64,000 nucleotides of DNA. Source: Negaprion brevirostris (Eukaryota). A program made the translations under genes and the position numbers. Below the pieces are notes generated by a model, which was given only the letters and a program-made list of their open reading frames with translations, was not told the origin of the DNA and ran no database searches. Shown one piece after another: positions 13,638-25,238 of this stretch. The stretch spans positions 91,573,905 to 91,637,904 of the forward strand of contig JARDVH010000132.1 in the NCBI GenBank assembly GCA_030324005.1, given 5' to 3'. Within the stretch, counting starts at the first letter, position 1. Every line of letters starts with the position of its first letter.

Positions 13638-14448
13638 ATGTCAGCCTNNNNNNNNNNNNNNNNNNNNNNNNNNNNNNNNNNNNNNACAATGTCATGCTCA
13701 GACAGCCCGTCTGCAAACTCCTTTTTAGTAGATTCTCTGATCAGCGTGGGCCGTGGCGGGGAAGGAACCTATTACCCCAACAGCAGCGTGTACCTGCCGC
13801 CTGCCTCTGAGCTCCCTTACGGCACCCAGAACTGTGGACTTTTCCCATCTCTGAGCAAACGCAGCGAGAACAACTCTCAGAGTATGGTCCTGACTTCTCA
13901 TCCTTACATGAGCGGGATGGAAGTCTGGTCAGAACCCCCAAGGTCCTGTCGCATGGAGCAACCTGCAACCCAGCAAGTAGCAGCCTGTTCCTTCCCCCAG
14001 AATATCAAAGAAGAGAATGCATACTGTTTATATGATTCTGAGAAATGTCCCAAAAGCGCAACAGCAACAGATCTTTCCACGTTCCCAAGGCTAACATCAG
14101 ATTCGTGCTCCAATAGTGACACGACTACTAGCGGCGGGGTTCCTGTCCCTGGCTATTTCCGTCTGTCCCAAGCCTATCCGACATCCAAACAGACACTTTA
14201 TAACAACACGGGGCAGGTTGGGGCCTCTCCATTCGTGCCCCAGTCCCAGATCCGTTTTGGAACACCCCCTTCTTCAGCTTCGACCCCGACTGAGTTGGGG
14301 AGGAAAGGAAGTGAGGGGACATCCCCCGGTCATTTAACCTGCAGTTCGGAAAGAGAAGAAGCAGAAGCTCCGGCTTCTTCCGCCAACGAAGAGTCATCTC
14401 CAGTCCCTTCAGAAAGCAGTAAAAACTCTCCTGAGAAAGAAACAAAAG
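13638..14448 (+). CDS. hoxa10: Homeobox protein Hox-A10, exon 1
   Basis: MSCSDSPSANSFLVDSLIS starts at ATG 13689, with an upstream in-frame ATG at 13638 (MSA..) across an N gap. The motifs IKEENAYCLY and VPVPGYFRLSQAY are present. The donor is AAG|GTAGGT at 14449. Confidence 0.93.
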
Positions 14449-16019
14449 GTAGGTAAATAAGAGGCAGGGTTGCGGGTGGGGGGGAGTGGGGGGGGGGGAG
14501 TGGAATTTATACAGCTAGCACTCAGAAACGGGTAGACGTGGCAGGTACAGCCAACAAGCGTAACAAAGGGGGTTTTATTCTGACCTTGTGAACTTTTAAT
14601 TTTTGGGCGTGAGCTATGCTGTAAAAATTAATGCCTACTATAGTTTATAGCACGGGCCCACGCTCCGGAGTCAATTGTAGCTACATTCTAAACTTGTCAG
14701 ATAAGTTACAAACCACGAATCCTTTCTGCAGTTATTTAAGCGGACCGCATAGAAGGACATATTTGCACACAGGGTCCAAAGTAAACACAGCACAGCCAAT
14801 AAATAATACTCAAAGGGATCCAGTGATGTTTTATGTTCCAGCGCTCTTTTTAAGAAAAAAACATACAAAAAGAGAAAAGTTTTCCCAAAGTAGGAAAAGC
14901 TGAAACTCCCATCTTGTACTATCTGATGTTTGTTACTATCTTCCCAGTGCAGACCTATTATCCGTCTTTTTTTTTTCTGAAAAAAAAAACACATCTGAAC
15001 TTATAAATATGTTTTAGTCGTTAGTTAGATTTGACATTGTCTGAACTCCAGGTGGAGGTGTCGCCGCAGAAAAATTGGCATTTTGGGGACAATTTTACTC
15101 TTAACTTTAACGAACTTGCGCAGGAACCATTTTATAAAGTCATTTCAAATAAGATGAAACAATGAGGTCTTGGAAAGGGTTTAATACATTCCAGCGATGG
15201 GGAAAACACTCCAAACTGTTGCATTTGAATTCTTCACGTAAACGCAAAACTTTGTTTCACTTAGACTAAAACAATAGATAAACGCAGATTTTGAACGTGG
15301 AGAGAAAGCGGGCAGAAAGCAAATTAGAAATAATCCTACAAAGGCAGACATCTCAGACAATGCCTCCTGGAGCTTAGCAAAATATTGAATTTTACCGATA
15401 ATTTCAGTAAATCAGCCCCAGCAGTGGATAACTAATTATTAAGCCACTTTAAAAAAGAAAATGAACGAGATTCTTGTAGAATAAAAATGAAACCAGACAG
15501 TATCAACTTCAAGTATGCAACAAGCTTAGTAATCATTTCAAAGAAACCTTTTAGCGTTAAAATAGAGTTTGAAAACTGATTTTGTCTTCAGTTTAAATGC
15601 AACTGAAACTCACTTTCCCACTATCTTTTACAGACCCGTTTGAGCTCTGAAACAATTAATGTGTTATCTTTTGCGGTCCATGTGAATATGCATAAAGCGT
15701 GCTGACAAATAACGAAGCTGTACAATACTAACTCAAATGCAGTAGGATAGAATCCAAACAGAACGTTGAAAATTGGGAGATGTAACATTTAAGTCCCTCA
15801 TAACGCATCTTAAAATGTTTAGGTTTAGTGACACTTTAGCGTGATGGGTGCAGTATAGTAATCACATGTAGGCTTATATTGAAATTATATTGCAAAACAT
15901 GATAAACTTTCTTCTCTTTCTCTCTCTGTCTTCATCTTTTATCTCGAATACCTCTATTTATCTTTCTATTGGGTTTCTTGTTTTCTCTCTCTCTCTCATT
16001 CTCACCCTTCACTTATTAG

Positions 16020-16294
16020 GGGAGGTGAAAGCTGAAAACGGGGCGAACTGGCTGACTGCAAAGAGTGGCAGAAAAAAACGATGCCCTTACACCAAACATC
16101 AGACCCTGGAACTGGAGAAAGAGTTCCTCTTCAACATGTACCTGACTCGAGAGCGTCGCCTAGAGATTAGCCGCAGTGTCCACCTGACTGACAGACAGGT
16201 CAAAATCTGGTTTCAAAATCGCAGGATGAAACTCAAGAAAATGAATCGTGAGAACAGGATTCGGGAGCTTACAGCTAACTTCAGCTTCTCATGA
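16020..16294 (+). CDS. hoxa10: Hox-A10, exon 2 (homeodomain)
   Basis: A long pyrimidine tract precedes the TAG acceptor at 16017-16019. The exon encodes [83 protein letters not shown]. Confidence 0.96.
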
Positions 16295-18096
16295 TGAGCA
16301 CAAAAACTGGTTTAAGGATTTTAACGGGACATCGGGAAGCTGTGCTATTGTTATTAAAAGACTAAAAACTTTTCCACTTACCTCTGACTTCTCAGCCGTG
16401 CGCTGGTTGTAGATATTTACGATTTATGTGTTTTGTTTTTATTTGTGGCGAGAGTCTGTTTCTGTAACTATAATAATAAGTGTNNNNNNNNNNATAAGCA
16501 AGGCATGCACAGAAGTTATCGCCCTGTATGATGATTTTTCAACCAACTGTGGGGGGAGGGGGGACTTGACAACAATCTTTTAATTGTGCTAATTACCAAT
16601 TATCAGCTAAGTAAATCAAACATTGTAATGTTTAAATACAGATGACCCATGCTGTTAAAATAATTCCAAAATAAGTAACTACCGTATACTGACATGTTAA
16701 TAGAAGTTAAATGTGAATATGCTGTAAAGTGTGTTGTTGCATAAAGATATCACAAACCATGAACAGGAACAACAGAACACATGTAAATGTGAAATATTAT
16801 TGCAAAGACTGAAGAGTAGAATGTCGGACCTTTTATTCACCGTCGTCGATTCACTTTTAGAAAAATAAGAAAACAAACAAATAGAATTGATTCATTTGGG
16901 TTTGCAAAGATGAAATACTCTCCATGAGGACTCAAATTATGCTCAATCCTATTGCTGCTGCACTGTGTACGTAAACAAAACTTGTGTTTTCATGAAAGAT
17001 GAATAAAATGTATTTGGTCGGAGTCCTTTGAGATAGGTATATGTATATTGTTTTTACTTCATTTTGTGTTCAATTTCTTTTTCCTTACCTTATCTGTTGA
17101 GGAAGCTTTCAGCAAGAATGGTGGGTTTAAAGGCTGGCAATTACCGTTGCAATCTATTTAAATATTACCTAGACGGTCGTAATTTGTCTGGGCTATATAG
17201 CAATGGTGCTGTAACGTTTGTCGGCTTTTGTTGAGTTTTATGACTTGCTAGTATATCTGGGTTGTTGCTGTCTTGGACGAGTGGTTTCAGTTGAGCGAAC
17301 AGCCACGAAGACAGAGGAAGCAGAGCACAGCTCGGATGTAGGAAATTGATTTGCTTTGAACACAATACACTTCAGATCCTTTAATCGGTTAAAATCAGAA
17401 GAGTGTGAGGAATCGAAAAAAGCAGCAGATAAGACCTTTGGAGACATTTACGATGAAGGTAAGGTCTGTAAGAGGAACGAATGCTAAGGCCTATTATCTT
17501 ATATTTGGAACTAATAGGTAAGAGAGTCTTTCTGGCGACCTTGCATCTAGTATATTTTGAAATGCCAATAGTGCTGTTCGCAATTAGAAGTGAAAGTTAC
17601 TATTTTGTTTTTTGCTTGTGGCGGGGAAGAAGAGAAAAAGAAAATCTATCTCTGCAGGCTATGTCATCTGACCAGCTCTTTTCTTCAGACAAACCTTGAA
17701 CTCGTGATTATTGCAGTGCAGACAAGTTGCTATGGCTTATCATCACTGGAGTGAATGACATGCATTCAGATCGCGTCAAATCCTGCACAGAGATAATAAA
17801 GAACCCGCCATATTTAGTGGGGAGCTAACAATTATTCTCGTGCTGAATTTGCAATTAAATCTATTCATTTGAATACAAATCCGGCCTGGAACGCGGAAGC
17901 AAAGCTGAAATACTTGGGAGGTTATTTCAGGGACCCACAATATTGCACGATGAAGGAGTGCCTTTCGTGTTTGGTAAATTGCAATGCGAGGTTGTGACGA
18001 GAAGCATTATAATGTGACTTTTTTTTTCTATTTGAGTAAGCTTGTTGAATCATCCTTATGTATGTACAGTGATAGGAAACTAAAGAGCTGAGATAG

Positions 18097-18180
18097 AACT
18101 GATGTGTGATTTAGGTAGTTTCATGTTGTTGGGGCTCAAGTCTATCTCTACAACACGAAACTGCCTGAATTACTGCAGTT
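18097..18180 (+). ncRNA. mir196: miR-196 precursor hairpin (HoxA locus copy); mature 5p arm 18112-18133
   Basis: TAGGTAGTTTCATGTTGTTGGG is the mature miR-196 sequence. The complementary 3p arm CAACACGAAACTGCCTGAAT lies at 18151-18170 and the stem closes AACTG/CAGTT. The position between Hox10 and Hox9 is canonical. Confidence 0.97.
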
Positions 18181-21100
18181 ATCGTCTTCGCCAGTGAGTT
18201 CTGTCGCTGGTTTGGAAAAAAACCGCAGTTAATAACCACGAATAAGTAAAATGCTTTGGTTTCATACAGCCAACAAAAAGTGCCATGTTTTGTGACAGGA
18301 ATAGCAATGTTTTATAACAGAAAATAACCATTGTTTCATAGACAAGTTTTTTTTTAATTAATACAACTTTGTAATTTTATTTGAAGAGCAGTGTGCCTTC
18401 TATGCTTTGCGAGCAAACACTAGAGAATGTATTGTTAACGTTCAGATTGGGATTTTATAAGTGTAATATTTCACATTAGATTTGCTCATTTTCATCTCGA
18501 AGAACGATCAAGTTCACGTTTAAATTAAATATGATCATTTTCAGATTTCCTTGCAGTATGTCTGTGCTGCTGAATTATGATTTGAAAACATTGATGTAGG
18601 TCAGTACAATTTTACTGAAAATAATTGCAATTTGATCTAGCCGGCAGTGTAATCCATGCATTGCAGATTGCGCTCTTTGTTAGTGATAAATATTTCATTA
18701 TTATGCTAACATCGACTAAACGGAACATGCTTCTTGGTGCATTTTGTATGTAGCTGATCTTATAATTCCCGATGAAAATCGAAATAAAAACGGACGGCGC
18801 CAAGTGATTTAGGGGACACGTTTTAAACCTATGTATTCTACCATGTGCAAGACAAAGAAATTACTTGAAAGCACAAGGCCTCGGTTATGATCATTGCATG
18901 GCGCCTAGGCGCGTAAATTTGTGTTGTTCTTCGAAACAGCGACCTCGGCGGAATGTAGTGGAAACGCTGCTCGGTCGGCGGCTCCTGCCTCTGCAGGAAA
19001 CTAGACTAAACACAGAAAGCAGACTTGTCCCATTATATTGGCCGTTTAGAGGAGACAAACAGAAGCTTTAATCTAAGCAAAGCAAGTAAACAAACACCAT
19101 GGCACTTTATTCTGTTGGTCTAGTTATTTGAGTTGCGCGGCCCAATTGGAATTGCACCATTTTAAATTTCTGAATCCAAATGATTGCACAACATAGACAT
19201 TGCAATAGGATAGATTTTGTGCCATTTTGCGGATGCAGCATCAAATTAATTTCACACGAGATATACATGTTAACCTTATCATGGTAGACTTAACGCAACG
19301 GATTAACTGAGAAAATGCAAGGCTTTTTAAAATAGGAAATGCAATTCAATACAATTTTCCATGCCTCCGTGTAACCGTTTATTTTTTTAATGAAATAACC
19401 AACAAGCATTTGATTCAAATGAAATGTATGAAATCTCATACACAATATTAAATTACACCATTCCCTTTATTTGTTCTTTCAGTGTAACTTCTGTTGTAGA
19501 AGCAGACGGAGTTTTAAAAAAACAAATAACGATTTTTTTTTCTCTTCAGTGCAATACAAAATAATATCGTCTGAAAAATGTGCGCTGTTGTACACTCGAA
19601 CCGTGATACTATCCCAATATGACTGCACCGCCTGAAAACTATCTCTGGCATAGTTTAAAGATTCTCAAAGCTAAAGCACAGTCAAGTTTGTGCTATTCAA
19701 AGCACCACTGCTGCTATTAGCCAGGCCCTCTATAAAATGCAATTCAGTTCAGCCTTTTAGCTTCACGACTTTGCTTGCTTTCATTTTGCAGGGTGTAGAC
19801 ACACGATTCATTTTGGCAAGAAGTGGGAAACATTTCTTTAAATATTACATTTCTGTGTAATTGCGTATTGCATTTTATTTGGACGNNNNNNNNNNNNNNN
19901 NNNNNNNNNNNNNNNNNNNNNNNNGTCGATTATGTGTAGGTGCATACATTTCCTCCGTCTTTCCGGACATCTAATGCTCAAAGTTTAAAATGTTTAGTTC
20001 AAAATCATTCTGCTTACATCTCCAGAAAAGTTTTTTTTTGTTTTCTTGTTGCTCGCAAAAGCTTTGCCATGGCTAATACGACCGATAGACTTAAAATAAA
20101 ACAGAGCCACAGAAAAATTGTACTTTCATTCTTTAATATTAAATTAGAGATTATCTTCAATAAGCCCGTGCATGCGGTCCATTTGCACAGTTTTACATGA
20201 AGGATTTAATTTCCAACTGATGCGGATGAACTAAAACGTGTTTCAATCTTTCGTAAACAAGGAACAGTCAACATAAGGTTTGGTATTTGAGATTGCCGTC
20301 AGTCATGACTTTCCTGAAATTTAAACCTTTGAGTGTGGCCACGGGACCGGCTCGATCAGTTTTGAAAGTTCTCTTGCAGATGTCTCCAAGATTTGGTTAG
20401 TCTGATTTTATGTTTTATTTTAAGCCTTTGCCAAATTATCTGTTATACGGCAATTACACTCGAAAATGATGAAAGCACTTCGAACACGTTGTCGTCATTG
20501 CACATTGCGTGCCCACAAATTGGCTTTGCAACTTCACACAGATGTTATCTGAACGGAAATAAAGGCGTCAGCCTTTATTCTAAATAATACAACGAGAATT
20601 GCAGATAAAAAAAATCACATATCGAATGTCGTTACTACCTTGAAATTTTTATCGTCCGATCTTACCCCAATTTATTCATATTTTGAAACTTTTATTTGTG
20701 ACACATTTTGTCCAGTTTTTTTCTGACTACAAGGTGTACTCAATGAGTATCCCACATGGTTGGATAATTCCGGAAAGCATTAAACAAACTTTGGGAGTGG
20801 ATGTGAGTACCATATTTTGAAGGAATTTTAACTGCTGTATCAGTTGCAGGGATTAATAAAGCATTTGACGTTCCAAGCATAACTCTCAAGGAAAAATGAC
20901 CGACTCCAAACAACACAAAAAGCAATCTCCCTTTATTCCATTCGCCTTGCTGCAGAGTGAAAATAGGAGATTCCGCTATCCCAGCATACGTCTTCAAATT
21001 AGAATGGAGGAATTATTGTATTTTTGTCGATTGTCGAATAACCTTTGTATGATGATACTATTTTCATTTGAGATCTTTGGTGAATTGTATTCACGCGTGT

Positions 21101-23539
21101 AAAGGATCTTTTTTTTCTCTCTGTTTAGTTCTTACATTGCCTGGCCCGAAAGCTGCAATTTGCAAGGAGCATGCGAGCTTCCTGTGCCGAATTTCCAAAC
21201 AAAAGTCTAAACCGGACAGCGCACTATAATTCGTAACTATCCTTTTTGGTGAAAACAATTGATCCAATTGAGACTCAGAATCCACAGTGCTAATTGTGGC
21301 CAGTTCGACTGTATCATTTAAAATCATACATTTCGTACAAAACTACAAATTTTTAGGTATCGCAACAAGACGCGATACAGTCCAAGGTTGTGGATGAATT
21401 CTTTCAGGCGCTTAAATGGTGGGTTGTTTTTATATATTTTCTTAGCATAAATAGAGCTAAATTCCAATTACAGGAACCGCTCTTTAAAGCGAGGTGCAAT
21501 TTCAGAGCGCCTTAGATTCGCCTTGCAAATACAGAATCAACATTTGAATTCTAATTCCAGGCCATCGGCACAGGAAAAACAGAAAGGTTTTCTTTCTAAG
21601 GCTCAACACTGGACTTGAATGGTTCTCGATTTTGCTCTAGACCTCAGCACTCCGCCTGTGTCACTGTAATACTCCGCTGACCAGAAATTCAATGCTGGCT
21701 CACAGGCGACAGACTGAATCTTCCCTTTCCCGAGAGGAATGCACAGAAATCTAAAGAAAAATTGGGATAAAGAGAACCCAAACCTCGAGAAAGGGAAGTT
21801 TTATTTCAGCTAGCTGTACAGGTTTTCGACTGAGGGCTTATGCAGCCAGCTGGTGGAAACGCAAGCGCCTTACGACGACGCCAGCACTTTGGTTTAATGT
21901 GGGATCTGATAATTGTCTTTGTTTAATGGGTATTTCTATGTTATCTGATCCACGCAACAGCTCAGGTACTTCGCCATCATTTTGGAGATAGACCTCTTTT
22001 TATTTTAGCCTGTTGCTAGCGTCGTGATGCGCCGTAGGTTTTTTTAATTAAGCTTGGTTGAAGCAGAAATGAACAACGTACTTGCATATGTAGGTTGTAA
22101 AATAACAAAGAAATATAAAACAGGCATTAAAACACCAAGCCTCGTTTAAAAATCTACGTCAGCCAGATAACACATTACTGATTGCCTTTAAGGATTTAAG
22201 CGTTTCAAAAACTGGGATAAGTTGCCTTTGATTAAAATGACCATTGTCAATCTTCATTCAGAATCTGAATTACTGCTAACATTAAATATGTTTCAGGAAG
22301 AGCAGCCCAAAAAGGAAACACTACCCAATATAACATTGTCAAAGGGTTCTGTGAAACCCCTGAAATTATATAAACAAACGCACGGGAGCTTAAATCTTGT
22401 ACGTCAAATGAAACATTTCATATTAAAATAGCATTGGTAAATTATGCTTACTGAAAAATGTCAACAAAATACATAATTAGCGTATTTATGGGTTGTTCCA
22501 ACATTTAAAAAATTATTTTTATATAAAACTATTTTGGAAATGCATTTACTTTGAAACTGTACCGTGATAAACCACGGTGTTGGCATTCTAAACTCACATC
22601 CTGCCTGTTAATTTTATTGTAGCTAAGTAAAATCACCCATTCGCTGTACATATTTATATCCAGTGTGCGTGTGGGAAAGAGGCCTACTAAGTTTTTAGGA
22701 CACAGTAATTGGTTGCATATATAATGTTTAATAGGCCGATAACACTATAATAAGGATGTCTTCTTACTCCATTGAAATACGACTCTTATGTTTTACATCT
22801 GTTTATATATCTAACTGTTTGCTTTTATTTGCTATTGAAAGGAATGTATCTTAACCAGCTAACAGATTGAGTTTCCGAATACCGTCGGTGCGGGGAAGCT
22901 TTTCCACCAACTCGCCACAGAATCCGCCAGCGAGTGACGGATATAAAAATAAATACTCTAATCCGAAGAGAAAGACGGTAGAATTGTCCGATCCCCTAAG
23001 AAATGCATTTTTTTCCGCGCGAATCTGTCAACTTAAATAGCGCGTTGAATGCGGAAGTTGCACTTTGTTATGGTTTATTGGAGGTAAAGGGCCTTTTTGG
23101 AATGGCTCTAGTTTGCTAACGTGTAGTTTTATTGCTGAGACTGTTATAAAACGGAGATTGCCACCGTGTGTTTTATGTGCGCCCCATTTTCGAAAATAAG
23201 AAATCTCTACCAGATGCAGGTACACCCGGCCACTGTTCAGAGGTACGCTTTAAAAGTTCGTTAACGATTCTTATTTGTCAAGAATGCGTTTTTAATTTTA
23301 CTAAACATGAATAATAAATACCTGTCCAATCTCTTCCTTCGTTGTTTTTCCCCCTGCAGTTTATAGTTTCACTCTTTCCATAATCTTTTATGTGAAGGTT
23401 AACGATTATAAGGTGTTCGTTAAAAAAAACGAGCATCTGATGGGAAGATTGATTATGATATAAAATAGTCCCCTAAAAAAGAACTGCAACGGAATACTTT
23501 CTACATCTCAGCTGGCAACAAAGAAATCAACTTCCATAT

Positions 23540-23800
23540 ATAGAGGTGATTATATCCCTTTGCATAAAAAAACATACGGAGTTGCTATATAAAATTATCT
23601 CTATAAAAGATTGACCCTGTTACAAGCTGCGGATTGATTTATATTTTATTGTTGTTTTTGAATCACGTGAGTAACTGATCCAATGGCGTGGAAGTGCGTC
23701 TGCACCATATTAGCAGAGTGTACTTGTCGCGGCGGTAAGTTGTTACACTGAAATCTGCTCTTTCATATTTTCAGAGGCGCTTGCTGTGTCATTGGCGAGA
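23540..23800 (+). promoter_or_regulatory. HoxA9 proximal promoter / 5' leader
   Basis: There is an E-box CACGTG at 23664-23669, CCAAT at 23680-23684, a TGATTTAT Pbx/Hox-type site near 23635, and an AT-rich TATA-like block, all directly upstream of the ATG. Confidence 0.7.
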
Positions 23801-24341
23801 ATGTCGACATCAGGGACTATCAGCAATTATTATGTCGACTCCCTTATAATGCATGAGAACGATGATCTGCTGTCGTCCAGATATGCCTCGGGTCCACTGG
23901 CTCAGTCCTCCAGGCAGGCAGCCCTGGCTGAGCACCCAGACTTCACCCCATGCAACTTCCAGTCCAAAGCCACAGTGTTCAGCACCTCCTGGAGCCCGGT
24001 TCATGCTCAGAGCTCTGCCAATATGCCCACTGTTTATCATCCATACATGCACCAGGCTCCCATTGCCGCCGCACCCGATGGTAGGTACATGCGTTCCTGG
24101 CTAGATCCAATGCCGGGGACCCTGTCTTTCACCGGGTTACCTTCCAGTAGACACTACGGCATCAAGCCCGAGCCTGTAGCTGCCCGCAGGAGTGACTGCA
24201 CCACGTTTGAAACACACACGCTAGCCCTCTCAGAATATACTTGTGGAACTTCTCCTGGAGACAAACGTATGAGTGAGGTGTCCTTTTCAGAAAATAATGG
24301 AGAGGTTGAATCTAACGCAGATAAGCTGCACATGGATCCAA
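23801..24341 (+). CDS. hoxa9: Homeobox protein Hox-A9, exon 1
   Basis: MSTSGTISNYYVDSL..DGRYMRSWL..HYGIKPEP is the Hox9 activation region. The donor is CCAA|GTAAGT at 24342. Confidence 0.95.
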
Positions 24342-24996
24342 GTAAGTGTGGAACCCCCACGTTTTTGTATTACCTTTCGAGATAAGGATTATGAATTCAA
24401 ACTGTTTTATATCCATTCCATTGTCTTCGTTACATAGCGAAACACAAATGCCGAGATCTGTATTCAGTTTTGCGTTTTTTAAAGATTACACAGTACTTTT
24501 GAGATATGTGTTTGAGGTTTATGCTGCACATTTCCGGCACTGCAATGACTATCAATCGGGTATGTGCTGAACTTTCTATTCATTATGGAAAAAAGGGGAG
24601 ATTGTGTAATTGCTCACCCTGCAATTCAAGTGTATTTGTTTTAAATAAATATGATGGCGATAAGACTCCTGGATAAACAAATAATGCACACAATATGCAA
24701 CACAGGCAGACCACATATTGCATTGGATTGCACATGTCCGATTTACAGATCGCCACAATATCAGATCTTTTCTAATTCATTTTCATTGCCCTATTCATAG
24801 AGTTTGTTCATTGAGCAAGACGCTGGGTGTAAGAGAGGAAACACACATAAAAGTGTAGCAACCAACTTCATTAACCCAGTGCTGCATCATCCATCCTCTT
24901 CTATCTGTAACGGTGTTTTGATTCTGAGAATGTTACAACATTTTGTCTAACTTGAAGAGGGGAATTATATTAAATGTGTTTCCTTCACAATTCCAG

Positions 24997-25238
24997 ATAA
25001 CCCATCCGCCAATTGGTTGCATGCAAGGTCTACCAGAAAAAAACGCTGCCCTTACACCAAACATCAGACCCTGGAGCTGGAAAAGGAATTCTTGTTTAAT
25101 ATGTACCTCACAAGAGACCGCAGATATGAGGTCGCCAGGGTCCTTAACCTTACCGAACGGCAAGTTAAAATCTGGTTTCAGAACAGGAGGATGAAGATGA
25201 AAAAAATCAACAAGGAACGACCTAAAGATGACCGGTGA
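24997..25238 (+). CDS. hoxa9: Hox-A9, exon 2 (homeodomain)
   Basis: The acceptor TTCCAG ends at 24996. The exon encodes [79 protein letters not shown]. The spliced protein is about 260 aa. Confidence 0.96.
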
